Virus record (IMG/VR): IMGVR_UViG_3300012347_000469
Location: 19,126 to 83,125 of that record
From: a virus
Lineage: Duplodnaviria; Caudoviricetes
DNA length: 64,000 nucleotides
Strand: one strand, 5' to 3'
In this document: piece after piece, positions 51,909 through 63,991 of the stretch
Position numbering within the stretch: position 1 is the stretch's first letter
Layout of the letters: every line of letters starts with the position of its first letter
The notes under the pieces: generated by a model
Database searches by the model: none
Seen by the model: the letters and a program-made list of their open reading frames with translations, nothing else
Told to the model about the DNA's origin: nothing
Position numbers and translations under genes: made by a program

Positions 51909-54900
51909 ATGGCATTAACATCACCAGGCATAGAGGTATCGGTAGTTGACGAAAGTTTTTATACGTCAGCAGAACCCGGTTCAGTACCCCTTATCGTAAT
52001 TGCTACAGCTAATAATAAACAAAACGGAGCCGGCACTGCAATTGCGGCTGGTACATTAGCAGCTAACGCTAATAACGTATACAGAATTACAAGTCAACGA
52101 GAATTAGTTGAAACATTCGGTGTACCATTTTTTGAAAAAACAGCAACTAACAACCCAGTTCACGGCGGTGAACGAAACGAATACGGACTTCAAGCAGCGT
52201 ATAGCTTGTTAGGAGTTACAAATTCTGTTTTCATTATGAGAGCAGATGTAGATTTAAATCAATTAGCACCGGCGACAGTCGAGCCAGGTGCAGAGCCAAG
52301 AGATGGTACATGGTGGATTAATTCTTCTGCTACTACTTGGGGAATTCAAGAATGGAATAGTAATACAGCAGCAACAGATGGCGGCCAAAAATTCACAGCC
52401 AAAACTCCGTTGGTATTAACAGACGACGATACTGCACAATTAGAAAATGGAGCTCCAAAGTTGTCAGTTGGGTCTATTGGCGATTATGCAGTAGTTTTTA
52501 AAACAGTTTCGGGCGATGGTGACTTTTTAGCAGGCGACGAGTTTGCTAAAATGTATTTTAAAAGCAGCGGAAACGGTGAAATTGCAAGCGGAACATGGGT
52601 ATTAGTAGGTAGTCAAGATTGGGTTGCTAGTTGGCCAGTGGCTATGAGTAGTGCATCATTTATTGCAACCGGCGGAACATTTAGAATTAACGGTACAACT
52701 ATTACAGTTCTAAATGGTCATACTGCAACTGAAGTTGCAGAATTGATCAATTCTGCACAAATCGGCGGAGTATTGGCTAGATCAGTACGCGGTCGATTAT
52801 ACATTTATTCTAAAGGCGATACTGATCCAGCTGGAGATTCCACATTAAGCGGGGCAATTGTTTTAGAAGCAATTACCGCAGGTATTCTTTCAGCATCAAA
52901 TGCAACAGATATTGCAACTAGCTCTAGTCAATTAAAATTACGAGCTGGCACCTATCTTGCACCTAAATTAACACATGCTAGTCATGTTAATCGTCCTTTA
53001 TATAAACGATCTGAACAACTATCTACAGTATTAGGTTACCCTACCGGATCTGTATGGATCAAAACAACTGAGCCAAATAACGGTGCACGTATGCGTGTAT
53101 CTCGTTGGAATGCTTCAGCTAAAGTATGGACTCCAGTCGAAGCACCGATATATGCAGATGCAGCAGTTGCAACAAATGTATTAGATCGTGTAGGTGGTGG
53201 TATTAATATTGCTGTTGATACTTTATACACACAATATAATGCTAAAGAGTATGTAGGTGCTCCAGAATATGATAACTCTTCTGCTGGTACTACTGGAGAA
53301 TTTAGACTATGGCGTCGTCGTAATCGCGGTGCTACTACTATTACTTCTGCAGTTATAACTGACGGAATGATGGCCGGTGCTAATGCGTTCAACTTAGAAC
53401 AAACGTATGTAGGTAGCTCAGTGTTTAGTGCAGCAACAAGCATCGGATTCACTGGCATTACAGGAGAGGGAAGCGGAGAAACTAATGCTAACTTACTAGC
53501 ATCTAGAATTAATGCTGCGACGTTTGTTGATGCAAATGGTGATATTATTACAAATAGTATTGTTGCATCGGTTACTTCTGAAAATAAAGTAACAATTAGT
53601 CATAAATTAGGTGGTGAAATTCGATTCACTAAATTAGATGGGAATGCATTAGGTACAATTTTTTCACCATATGATATCTCAACTGGCGGCGGAACTATTA
53701 ACTTTTATAACTTGAAAGACGGTGTAGTCGTAGGTAGTGCGCATGACTATGTGGCATCTAACTGGATTCCGTTGGCTGCAAGTATTAGCCCTACTTATTA
53801 TGTATCCCCTACTGCACCTCTAGAAGAACCAGTTGATGGTCAACTATGGTATAACCCGTCAATTAATCAAGTAGACTTAATGGTACATAACGGCACAACA
53901 TGGGTAGGTTATAAGAATTTTTATACAACTACCGATGTAAATGGTCCACGAGTAACTCCAACTGAGCCAACACTTCAAAGTGACGGTGTTAGCATTTTAA
54001 AAGATGGCGATATTTGGATTTCTACTGCAGATTTAGAAAATTATCCAACGGTTTATCGATACAATTTTGATAGTGCTAAGTGGGTACTGTTAGATAAAAC
54101 TGATCAAACTTCCGAAGATGGAATTTTGTTTGCCGATGCACGTGTTAATACTGATGGGTTAACTAATACTCCGTCATCAATTGTTGATTTATTATCAAGC
54201 AATTTTTTAGATCCTGATGCTCCAGATCCTGCATTATATCCTAAAGGTATGCTGTTATGGAATACTCGTAGAAGTTACGGTAATGTGAAAAAATATGTTA
54301 ATAATTATATCGACATTTCACAAAATAACATTCGATTAAATGAAGTAAGCATGGCTGCATATCATCCAGATCGCTGGGTTACTGCAAGTCCAAACCAAGA
54401 AAACGGTGTTGGGTCATTTGGGCGTAAAGCACAACGCAGTGTAGTTGTAGAGGCATTAAAGAGTTCCTTAGATAGTAGTCAAGAAGCTAGAGATGAAGAA
54501 CGTAGAAACTTTAACTTAATGGCATGCCCTTGCTATCCAGAAACTATTAGTAATATGATTAATCTAAATATTGATCGTAAGCTAACAGCATTTATTATCG
54601 GCGATACTCCACTACGCTTGCCAGCCAATGCAACTAGTTTGTTAAATTGGGGAACTAATGCAAATTTAGTTACAGATAATGGCGATGCAGGTTTAGTAAG
54701 TTACGATGAATACAGTGCAATTTACTATCCAAACGGATTTACTACTGATTTAAGTGGGTCGAACATTGTAGTTCCTGCAAGTCACATGATGTTAAGAACT
54801 ATAATTATAAGCGATCAGCAATCATACCCGTGGTTTGCTCCGGCAGGTACACGTCGTGGCGGGATTACAAATGCTACATCAGTAGGATACATTGATCCGA

Positions 54901-55355
54901 CAACTAGTGAATTTAAGTCAGTTGCATTAAATTCTGGACAACGTGATACATTGTATGATATTAAAGTTAATCCTATTCCGTTTTTTGTAGGAGTTGGGCA
55001 TGTTGCATATGGTCAAAAAACTCGTTCAAGAAATGCAAGTGCAATTGACAGGGTAAATGTGTCAAGATTGGTTATTTATTTAAGAAGTCAGTTAGCTAAA
55101 CTAGCTCGCCCGTACTTATTTGAACCAAATGATAAGCGTACTCGAGATGAAATCAAATCGTCGGTTGAAAGTTTGTTAATTGAATTAAGTGGTTTGCGTG
55201 CAATTTACGACTTTGCAGTTGTGTGTGATGAAACTAATAATACACCTAGCAGAATTGATCGTAACGAGTTATATGTTGATGTTGCAATTGAACCTACTAA
55301 GTCAATTGAGTTTATTTACATACCTTTGCGATTGAAAAATACTGGAGAAATTTAA
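51909..55355 (+). CDS. gp18: Tail sheath protein with large central insertion, 1148 aa
   Basis: MALTSPGIEVSVVDES N-terminus; WFAPAGTRRG, YGQKT, DRVNVSRL and AIEPTKSIEFIYIP motifs. Confidence 0.93.
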   Translation: MALTSPGIEVSVVDESFYTSAEPGSVPLIVIATANNKQNGAGTAIAAGTLAANANNVYRITSQRELVETFGVPFFEKTATNNPVHGGERNEYGLQAAYSLLGVTNSVFIMRADVDLNQLAPATVEPGAEPRDGTWWINSSATTWGIQEWNSNTAATDGGQKFTAKTPLVLTDDDTAQLENGAPKLSVGSIGDYAVVFKTVSGDGDFLAGDEFAKMYFKSSGNGEIASGTWVLVGSQDWVASWPVAMSSASFIATGGTFRINGTTITVLNGHTATEVAELINSAQIGGVLARSVRGRLYIYSKGDTDPAGDSTLSGAIVLEAITAGILSASNATDIATSSSQLKLRAGTYLAPKLTHASHVNRPLYKRSEQLSTVLGYPTGSVWIKTTEPNNGARMRVSRWNASAKVWTPVEAPIYADAAVATNVLDRVGGGINIAVDTLYTQYNAKEYVGAPEYDNSSAGTTGEFRLWRRRNRGATTITSAVITDGMMAGANAFNLEQTYVGSSVFSAATSIGFTGITGEGSGETNANLLASRINAATFVDANGDIITNSIVASVTSENKVTISHKLGGEIRFTKLDGNALGTIFSPYDISTGGGTINFYNLKDGVVVGSAHDYVASNWIPLAASISPTYYVSPTAPLEEPVDGQLWYNPSINQVDLMVHNGTTWVGYKNFYTTTDVNGPRVTPTEPTLQSDGVSILKDGDIWISTADLENYPTVYRYNFDSAKWVLLDKTDQTSEDGILFADARVNTDGLTNTPSSIVDLLSSNFLDPDAPDPALYPKGMLLWNTRRSYGNVKKYVNNYIDISQNNIRLNEVSMAAYHPDRWVTASPNQENGVGSFGRKAQRSVVVEALKSSLDSSQEARDEERRNFNLMACPCYPETISNMINLNIDRKLTAFIIGDTPLRLPANATSLLNWGTNANLVTDNGDAGLVSYDEYSAIYYPNGFTTDLSGSNIVVPASHMMLRTIIISDQQSYPWFAPAGTRRGGITNATSVGYIDPTTSEFKSVALNSGQRDTLYDIKVNPIPFFVGVGHVAYGQKTRSRNASAIDRVNVSRLVIYLRSQLAKLARPYLFEPNDKRTRDEIKSSVESLLIELSGLRAIYDFAVVCDETNNTPSRIDRNELYVDVAIEPTKSIEFIYIPLRLKNTGEI

Positions 55356-55410
55356 TGAGCCATAAATTGACAGTAATTTTAAGAAATAACTTTTATATTG
55401 GAGCATAACA

Positions 55411-56058
55411 ATGGCTATTACCTCATTAATTAATCAATCTATTCAGCCGCAAGGCCCTGGATCAAATACCAGTATGCTTATGCCAAAGCTGAAATATAGA
55501 TTCAGAGTAACTCTTTCCGGATTTGGCGTTGAGTCATCCGTTGAGTTAACTAAGCAAGTAATCGACATTAGTCGTCCTACTGTATCATTTGAAGAAATAG
55601 AAATTCCAATTTACAATTCTAAAGTATTCATAGCTGGTAGAGCTGGATGGGAAGATATAACTTTGAATTTACGAGATGACGCATCGGGCAATGTTACACG
55701 TTTAGTCGGCCAGCAAATTCAGAAACAATTCGACTTTATGGAACAAAGTTCTGCTCGAAGCGGCCAAGATTATAAATTCAAAACTAAAATTGAAGTTTTA
55801 GACGGCGGTAACGGTCAAGTTAACGCAGCTGGTGTTCTAGAAACTTGGGAATGCTATGGTTGTTTTGTAAAAAGCAGTGCGTATGGCGATAATAACTATG
55901 GAAGTAACGAAGCAATGACAGTGGCGCTAACGATTAAATACGATAACGCAATTCAATCTTCTGTTGCTGTGCCTGGACCAGGCGGTGTAGGTTCTAGAAA
56001 TATTCGTAGCACTTCTAGCACTAGTGCTGTTGGGCAAAATGGTATTGCATTACCTTAA
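55411..56058 (+). CDS. gp19: Tail tube protein
   Basis: PKLKYRFRV, RPTVSFEEIEIPIYNSKVFIAGRAGWEDITL and LETWECYGCF motifs; follows the sheath gene. Confidence 0.9.
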   Translation: MAITSLINQSIQPQGPGSNTSMLMPKLKYRFRVTLSGFGVESSVELTKQVIDISRPTVSFEEIEIPIYNSKVFIAGRAGWEDITLNLRDDASGNVTRLVGQQIQKQFDFMEQSSARSGQDYKFKTKIEVLDGGNGQVNAAGVLETWECYGCFVKSSAYGDNNYGSNEAMTVALTIKYDNAIQSSVAVPGPGGVGSRNIRSTSSTSAVGQNGIALP

Positions 56059-56072
56059 TCTTAACTAAAATC

Positions 56073-56099
56073 AAAACCCGGATTCGTCCGGGTTTTTTA
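56073..56099 (+). terminator. Rho-independent terminator after the tail tube gene
   Basis: AAAACCCGGA-TTCG-TCCGGGTTTT followed by T's. Confidence 0.9.
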
Positions 56100-56115
56100 T
56101 TGACTAAATATTAAT

Positions 56116-57162
56116 ATGGCCAATATTACCAATTACTTAACCAATTCACCAGATAGTCCAAAAGGACATCTGGCTGATTTCCGACATGCAGCTGGAGCAT
56201 TCATCGACAGCAGCTATCGATTATCGCCTCGATATAAATTTTTATTCCATGCATACTTTGAAGTAGATAACACTGTACCCGGATTTTCTCGATTTTCTGG
56301 AGCATCGAGTGAACTCTCGTTATTGGTTAAATCTACAAGTTTACCGGCTATGAAGTACGAGTCAGTTACAAAAAATCAATATAATCGAAAAAAAATCGTG
56401 CATAAGCAAATGACATATGATCCAATATCACTAACATGTCATGATGATTCTGCTGGAATAATGACAGCTATGTGGACCGCTTATAACAGTTATTTTAATG
56501 CAGATGTTCAAAACGCATCAGCTAGTTTGTGGTCTCTTGGTAACAAATTTTCTGGAAATAACTACGGTATGAATGTAAAAACTCCGTTAAGACCATTTAA
56601 ACGAGTTAGCTTGTACACATTTAGTAATCATACATATCAAGGGTATACATTATGGGGTCCTCGGATTAACTCGTGGACACCCGGGGATGTAGCGTATGCA
56701 TCAGGTAGTGAAGTTGTTGAATCGACTTTAACTATTGAGTATGAAGGTGTTACGTATTCTTCGGGTTCTGTGTCAGAAGGATCACCTGACGGTTTTGCAG
56801 GCCACTCGCAATATGATCATGTTCCGAGTCCGTTAGCATCGCCATCCAATGTTGGATTTGGGGCAAGTTCTATATTTAACTCTCTGCAAGACGGCGTCTC
56901 GACAATTGGTGGGTCTTTTATTGGTAATAGTTTATCAGCACAGCGTGAAAATTTTAATATTCCGTTGCCTGTAGCGCCCCTAATCAATGGGACTATTCAA
57001 CTATTGCCAGCTGTTAATTTAATCGGGGGAGCATTAGGTACAGCATTTCCCGGAGTAAACAGTCAAGTATTACCGACAATAGCGTTGCCAAAGACTGTAA
57101 ACGACTCGATAATTAATAATACGTTTTCGGGGTCAACGATCATAGCTCCAAATATAGCATAA
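56116..57162 (+). CDS. Tail-tube-like baseplate initiator protein (gp48/gp54-like)
   Basis: LLVKSTSLP...NQYNRKK...YDPISLTCHDD and LTIEYE motifs resemble the tube fold. Confidence 0.6.
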   Translation: MANITNYLTNSPDSPKGHLADFRHAAGAFIDSSYRLSPRYKFLFHAYFEVDNTVPGFSRFSGASSELSLLVKSTSLPAMKYESVTKNQYNRKKIVHKQMTYDPISLTCHDDSAGIMTAMWTAYNSYFNADVQNASASLWSLGNKFSGNNYGMNVKTPLRPFKRVSLYTFSNHTYQGYTLWGPRINSWTPGDVAYASGSEVVESTLTIEYEGVTYSSGSVSEGSPDGFAGHSQYDHVPSPLASPSNVGFGASSIFNSLQDGVSTIGGSFIGNSLSAQRENFNIPLPVAPLINGTIQLLPAVNLIGGALGTAFPGVNSQVLPTIALPKTVNDSIINNTFSGSTIIAPNIA

Positions 57163-57163
57163 T

Positions 57164-57529
57164 ATGAGTAATTTACCAGAACGCATTGTTGCTGATTCAG
57201 CCGCAGCAACTAAATTATTTTTCAACACATACGGCGAAGTAGGATTAGAATTTGCCTCGGCCGAAGTCGATATAACTATATCTTTCTTCCTGTCAAATGG
57301 CTTTGAAACTGATGCTGCAATATCTACTGCATTGATATTATTGCAACGAGCAAAACAAGAACAAAAATCAGTGTATACAATTTTAGATACACTAAAGTTT
57401 TATAATGGTATACAACTAAGTGCTGTAGTTGCTCAAATATTAAATAGCAATAGACAACCGACATCTAGTTTAGGGTATAAAAGTACAGTTTTGCCCCCTG
57501 CTATAATTAACCGGAATATACTACCATAA
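57164..57529 (+). CDS. Hypothetical protein, 121 aa
   Basis: Tightly packed ORF in the late operon. Confidence 0.7.
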   Translation: MSNLPERIVADSAAATKLFFNTYGEVGLEFASAEVDITISFFLSNGFETDAAISTALILLQRAKQEQKSVYTILDTLKFYNGIQLSAVVAQILNSNRQPTSSLGYKSTVLPPAIINRNILP

Positions 57530-57966
57530 TGGCTAAATTCGCACAAGGTATATTCGAAATGAAAAATCCTGATAAGTATGTAGGGTCTAGAAGACCGTTA
57601 GCTAGATCTAGTTGGGAGTTTGTATTCATGCGTACACTAGATGAACATCCAGGAGTAGAAAAATGGGCAAGTGAGAGTATTCAGATACCTTATCGAGATC
57701 CGTTCACTGGTAAGTATACAATTTATGTTCCGGATTTTTTTGTAGTATACAATGATAAAAATGGAAAAGCACATACTGAACTAGTTGAAGTTAAGCCGCT
57801 TAGCCAGACGCTGTTAGAAAAAACAGGTAAAAGTAGATACAATCAAGAGCAGTATATTAAAAATATGGCAAAATGGGAAGCCGCATCTGCATGGTGTAAA
57901 CAAAAAGGAATTAAGTTTCGAATTGTAAACGAAGGCGATATTTTCCATCAAGGTAATAAAAGGTAA
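57529..57966 (+). CDS. gp4: Head completion nuclease (gp4-like)
   Basis: RSSWEFVFM, WASESIQIPY..P..G...YVPDFF and ELVEVKP PD-(D/E)xK motifs. Confidence 0.88.
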   Translation: MAKFAQGIFEMKNPDKYVGSRRPLARSSWEFVFMRTLDEHPGVEKWASESIQIPYRDPFTGKYTIYVPDFFVVYNDKNGKAHTELVEVKPLSQTLLEKTGKSRYNQEQYIKNMAKWEAASAWCKQKGIKFRIVNEGDIFHQGNKR

Positions 57967-57977
57967 TAAGTAATAAT

Positions 57978-58472
57978 ATGACTAAAAGAATAGAAGAATT
58001 ATTTGGTTTATCTCCAAAAAATCAAAAACCGCCGGAACCGGCACCAGTAAATGAACAAATAGTAGAGCATGCTACTAAAGTTAAAAGTGCAAACGACACA
58101 TATAAAGCAATTTCGACTATTGCTAAAGAGTTACCAACTATACGCGAACTATCTGATATCGGTGATAAGGAACTAGATGACTTAGCAGCAAAAGCTGAAA
58201 AAGCATACGACGATCTAATGGATTTAGGTATGAATGTAGAAGTTCGATACTCTGGTCGAATATTCGAAGTAGCCGGCACAATGTTAGGGCATGCAATTAC
58301 TGCAAAATCTAACAAAGTTGAGAAAAAGTTAAAAGCAATTGACTTACAGCTTAAAAAATATAAAATTGATAAAGATGCCGAAGAACCAGAGGAAGGAAAT
58401 CTTTTAAACGGTGAAGGCTATGTAATTACTGATCGTAATGCATTACTTAAAAAATTAGGACAAAAGGGATAA
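57978..58472 (+). CDS. Putative terminase small subunit (gp16-like)
   Basis: AYDDLMDLGMNVEVRYSGRIFEVA...LKAIDLQLKK helical pattern and ITDRNALLK tail; lies upstream of the large terminase. Confidence 0.6.
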   Translation: MTKRIEELFGLSPKNQKPPEPAPVNEQIVEHATKVKSANDTYKAISTIAKELPTIRELSDIGDKELDDLAAKAEKAYDDLMDLGMNVEVRYSGRIFEVAGTMLGHAITAKSNKVEKKLKAIDLQLKKYKIDKDAEEPEEGNLLNGEGYVITDRNALLKKLGQKG

Positions 58473-58480
58473 ATATAACT

Positions 58481-59029
58481 ATGAAAACTTTTAGACACTA
58501 TCTAGCAGAAAGCAAAAAAGTCTACAACTTTAAAATTAAAGTTGCTGGTGATTTGCCTGAAAATTTCATCAAAGATTTCAAAACCAGAATGGATCGTTGT
58601 GGGATAATGACACTTGATGAAACTTCTACAACGCCCGTTCAAGCGTTACCGATTGACTTTCCAGAACTTAAAAATATGGAAGTACATGTAATTGAATTTG
58701 TCTCAGAATATCCGACTACTGCTCCGGAGATTACTGCAGAACTTAAAGAAATGGGTCTATGCGAAGAACATTTTAGAGTACGAGGCTCGGGTGAGCCAAG
58801 TGAAATGGATCAAGCTACACTTGACTTGCTACATAAAGGTACAATTGTAGAAGAACCTAAAATCAAAGCTAAAGATTATTTTGGCGATGATTTTAATAAG
58901 AGCTTTTTGAAAGATTTAGCAAAAATTGCTAAAGATCAAAAGAAAGAAGGCATGAACTTACATGAGTACGAAATGCCAAAGTATAAAGAAGATAAAGCTG
59001 GCAATGCTAGCGCATTAGGGAGTAAATAA
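58481..59029 (+). CDS. Hypothetical virion protein, 182 aa
   Basis: Late promoter directly upstream; N-terminal YLAES motif. Confidence 0.7.
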   Translation: MKTFRHYLAESKKVYNFKIKVAGDLPENFIKDFKTRMDRCGIMTLDETSTTPVQALPIDFPELKNMEVHVIEFVSEYPTTAPEITAELKEMGLCEEHFRVRGSGEPSEMDQATLDLLHKGTIVEEPKIKAKDYFGDDFNKSFLKDLAKIAKDQKKEGMNLHEYEMPKYKEDKAGNASALGSK

Positions 59030-59928
59030 TGGATTTCCATCGGCTAGTAGCTACACTAAACGAAATAAGCTCAAGACCACTTGACAAAACTTTACCGGGT
59101 TCGAAAATTGTAAATGAATCACCGGCCGGAGCACCTGGACCTGCACAAGCTGCAGCCCCACAGACTGGTCCAACAATGAATTTAACATTGAATGCACGTA
59201 CAATGGATGACATCGAAAGTATGATGCGTTTAATACAAAAAGTTAACCCAGATGTTCCAAATACTACATCGTCTACTACAGCATTAACTGCAGAACCTAG
59301 TATTGCTAAGGTTGATACTGATTTTGAAATTGACGGGCTTGACAGTGATGACAATGCATTAATTGCGCAATCTAGTGACATGGATGACATGGATGACATG
59401 GATGACATGGATGACATGGATAGCTTAACACCAAGCGATCTCGATGCAGATGATATGGATGGTCTGTCACCGAGCGATCTTGATGCAGATGATTCTGACG
59501 CCCTTGATAACGAGTTAAATGATATCGAAGAAGACGGTGGATTTCAGTCAGCAACTACTGAACCTAATGAACGATATAAAAGCATCGATTATATGACTAA
59601 TCGTCTTTCAGGCGGAATGAACGGTCCTAAAAATACGTTCCCTAAAGTAGCAGGCGGTGATAATCCTATGCAACGTATGAAAGAAAGTGAAGAAGCATTT
59701 AAAGAAGGTATCCGTGCTGATTTACGTCGCCGCCTTGAAGAATCAAAAAAACCAAGCGCAGGCATGTCTAAAAAGGCAAAATCGGCAGTTGTTAAAAAAG
59801 CAAAATCAGGTGGTGATATCGGTAAACCTGGTAAAAACTTTGATAAAGTAGCCAAGTCAGCAGGCGGTGGTGAAAAAGGCAAACGAATTGCCGCTGCAGC
59901 CATGTGGAAGCAACAAGCTAAAAAATAA
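59029..59928 (+). CDS. Acidic/basic bipartite protein, 299 aa (probable internal head protein)
   Basis: Asp-rich repeats centrally; Lys-rich C-terminus. Confidence 0.7.
   Translation: MDFHRLVATLNEISSRPLDKTLPGSKIVNESPAGAPGPAQAAAPQTGPTMNLTLNARTMDDIESMMRLIQKVNPDVPNTTSSTTALTAEPSIAKVDTDFEIDGLDSDDNALIAQSSDMDDMDDMDDMDDMDSLTPSDLDADDMDGLSPSDLDADDSDALDNELNDIEEDGGFQSATTEPNERYKSIDYMTNRLSGGMNGPKNTFPKVAGGDNPMQRMKESEEAFKEGIRADLRRRLEESKKPSAGMSKKAKSAVVKKAKSGGDIGKPGKNFDKVAKSAGGGEKGKRIAAAAMWKQQAKK
59377..59421 (+). repeat. 9-nt tandem repeat x5 (DMD)
   Basis: gacatggat x5, followed by two SDLDADD copies. Confidence 0.95.
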
Positions 59929-59939
59929 GGAGCTAAACA

Positions 59940-60371
59940 ATGGCTGAAATTTCAAGAAATAAAGTAAGTGATACAGGGGTAGTAACCCCTGTAGGTCTAA
60001 GTTGTACTGCCGGTGTATTATACGGATTAAATGCTAATGTTATCTTAGTTAATGTAGCTACTAATAACGGTACCCCTGTAGATGTTAGGGCAGAAGATGA
60101 TGCTGTAAATGAAACAGTTGAACAAATTGTTAAAGAAATTAACCCATTAGCATTTTTTGTTGCTGATGACAGTTCCGGTGGAGTTATACACATGATTGTA
60201 GATCGCTCAGTTAGTCCTGAAGATATGCAACATCGCATTCGTTTGATTGGTAGAACCGGCGATTGGGTACGTGCAACAAATACGTATGCCGTTACATCAG
60301 TAGGCCCAAATGCCAAAGATATTAGCGGAACAACTGCACAATCAGCAGTTAGTTTTGTTACTGCAATTTAA
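59940..60371 (+). CDS. Small structural protein, 143 aa
   Basis: AAGGAG RBS; followed by a strong terminator. Confidence 0.75.
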   Translation: MAEISRNKVSDTGVVTPVGLSCTAGVLYGLNANVILVNVATNNGTPVDVRAEDDAVNETVEQIVKEINPLAFFVADDSSGGVIHMIVDRSVSPEDMQHRIRLIGRTGDWVRATNTYAVTSVGPNAKDISGTTAQSAVSFVTAI

Positions 60372-60388
60372 TAAGTAATAATAGTATC

Positions 60389-60416
60389 AAATAGACTCTT
60401 CGGAGTCTATTTTTTT
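60389..60416 (+). terminator. Rho-independent terminator (cUUCGg loop)
   Basis: AAATAGACTC-TTCG-GAGTCTATTT followed by T's. Confidence 0.9.
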
Positions 60417-60440
60417 CAGTAAATACAAAAAGGAATAACA

Positions 60441-62027
<1,587 letters not shown>

Positions 62028-62034
62028 TAAATAT

Positions 62035-63897
62035 ATGATGAACGCAACTAACAACATCGCAACTGATCTCTTTTATAAGATTCGCAGCAGATTTGCAGGC
62101 TTAAAGCTAGGATCTGAATCCGGGGAGATCACTATTAATCCAGAAGATGCTAGATTTTTTGATTTTGACTACAAAGATGGAGAAAATTCTCTAGGTCATA
62201 TTAGTATTAGTTTAGCCGAAGAAAACTCGATGAAGGTATATTTCTCTACTGGAATTACCGAAAAAATGAATCTTATTGAGCGAAACAAATGGTACAAATT
62301 TTTAAAAGAATTAAGAATGTTTGCCAAGCGACGACTAATGTCATTTGATACTCGAGATATTGCCAAGGATAATCTTGATAAACGAGATTACGCATTTTTA
62401 TCTAGAAACAAATCAAAAAATAAATCAAAAAATAAAACCCCTGTTGGAGAAAGTTATATGAATGAAAGTACAATGTACGGTACACGCAATGTAAGTTATC
62501 AAAATTTACTAGATACTAAATTGATTGTTAAACACAATCGTGCACTGGTCGATGATCATCAACCGGGTGCTAGAGCAAGAAATATTTCAGCGTTGTTTGT
62601 TGAAAATAGCGAAGGTGAACGATTTAAATATCCGTTTATTCACTTAGCTGGAGCTCGTGCGATGCAAAGACATGTTGCAAATCAAGGTGTTCCGTACGAC
62701 GATATCGGCCGAAGCATTATTAATATGAGCGAGGAAATTGCACAGTTGCGCGGATTCTCGAACTATGTACATCGCAATCATTTATTAAATGACGACACGA
62801 ATAATATTGTCGAGCAAAGTGCATTTGCATTAGCAAAACTTAGAGAGCAAATTGCAAAACTAAGCAAACAAAAAAATTACGACGAATACAAAGAATCGTT
62901 TTATATGCGACCTTCGATTGATATTCCGCAAGAAGTCATAAAAGAATACACAGATAAGTTTACCGTACGAAATTTTAAAGAAGATATTAAATCAGTATTC
63001 CCTATTTTATACAGATTAACTCAGGAAAACAGCCAAGTAGAATATAGTGACATAGTTTCTATGACTGCTAATAATAGCACTAATGATCAGGCCGATGTTG
63101 AAATTTCAGAAAATACTGACGATTTTGCAAAATTTGAAAACTGGATTATGAACTTAGGCGAAGACAGCGCAATTAACAGTGAAGATGAAGCCGAACGAGA
63201 AGAAGCTATTGCTAGCTTACAAGAACTAGTATCTCAGCATTTTGCAGCCGGAGTTGATGGTACTAATGCTATTCAAAGTCTTAAAGGTATTATCGAAGAC
63301 CCGGAGCTTGAAGATGCAATTAAACAGCAAGCAGAAGACGAAGGCAATAATACAGATGTACGAAATTTAATAAAAAGTTGGCTCGAACAAAGTGCCCCAA
63401 ATGTAATTGAAGAATTAGATTTTGGCGATTTCGAAGAAATAGAACCAGGCAGTGAAGAGGGCGGAATTACAGCAGAGCCTGAAGGCGAAGAAGAAATGCC
63501 ACCTGAAGGCGAAGAAATGCCACCTGAAGGCGAAGAAGTGCCACCTGAAGGCGAAGAAGTGCCACCTGAAGGCGAAGAAATGCCACCTGAAGGCGAAGAA
63601 ATGCCACCTGAAGGCGAAGAAATGCCACCTCCTCCTAGGCAAGAAAGTTCTAATAACAAAACTGGTAAGAAAAAGAATCTAAATATTAAAGAAGTTGCAG
63701 AATTTATTCATAGTTTTTACGACAGAGAATCAGGCACATTTCCAAAAGGCCCAGAAGGCGTGTGTACTATGGTTGGTAAAAAATTCGGCGAACAAGCTGA
63801 AAACGCAGCTCGCAAGATGGTCGAACGAATGGCACCCCAACAGAAAGATAATACAATGAACGAATTAGCAAGAATTAAACAATTAGCTAAGTGGTAA
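62035..63897 (+). CDS. Conserved acidic protein, 620 aa (probable virion/internal protein)
   Basis: Late promoter overlaps the gp17 stop; acidic C-terminal repeats. Confidence 0.75.
   Translation: MMNATNNIATDLFYKIRSRFAGLKLGSESGEITINPEDARFFDFDYKDGENSLGHISISLAEENSMKVYFSTGITEKMNLIERNKWYKFLKELRMFAKRRLMSFDTRDIAKDNLDKRDYAFLSRNKSKNKSKNKTPVGESYMNESTMYGTRNVSYQNLLDTKLIVKHNRALVDDHQPGARARNISALFVENSEGERFKYPFIHLAGARAMQRHVANQGVPYDDIGRSIINMSEEIAQLRGFSNYVHRNHLLNDDTNNIVEQSAFALAKLREQIAKLSKQKNYDEYKESFYMRPSIDIPQEVIKEYTDKFTVRNFKEDIKSVFPILYRLTQENSQVEYSDIVSMTANNSTNDQADVEISENTDDFAKFENWIMNLGEDSAINSEDEAEREEAIASLQELVSQHFAAGVDGTNAIQSLKGIIEDPELEDAIKQQAEDEGNNTDVRNLIKSWLEQSAPNVIEELDFGDFEEIEPGSEEGGITAEPEGEEEMPPEGEEMPPEGEEVPPEGEEVPPEGEEMPPEGEEMPPEGEEMPPPPRQESSNNKTGKKKNLNIKEVAEFIHSFYDRESGTFPKGPEGVCTMVGKKFGEQAENAARKMVERMAPQQKDNTMNELARIKQLAKW
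63478..63630 (+). repeat. 21-nt tandem repeat ~7 copies (PPEGEEM/V)
   Basis: ccacctgaaggcgaagaa(a/g)tg units, six full copies plus partial flanks. Confidence 0.95.
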
Positions 63898-63900
63898 TAA

Positions 63901-63929
63901 AATAAGGAGCTTAGGCTCCTTATTTTTTT
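63901..63929 (+). terminator. Rho-independent terminator
   Basis: AATAAGGAGC-TTAG-GCTCCTTATT followed by T's. Confidence 0.9.
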
Positions 63930-63962
63930 GGTTGTTTTTCTCCGTTTTTACTATTAATTTTA

Positions 63963-63991
63963 TTGACAATGCTAAATAAAACGTGTACAAT
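63963..63991 (+). promoter_or_regulatory. Sigma70-type promoter with embedded late TAAATA, for the gene beyond the window
   Basis: TTGACA-17 nt-TACAAT; TAAATA at 63973-63978. Confidence 0.75.

Noticed and set aside
63273-63682. Repetitive alternative-frame ORFs (RWHFFAF, KAKKCHL, GGISSPS repeats)
   Set aside because: By-products of the 21-nt tandem repeat in the 62035 gene; the same applies to shadow ORFs at 26993, 27387, 36437 and 59007.
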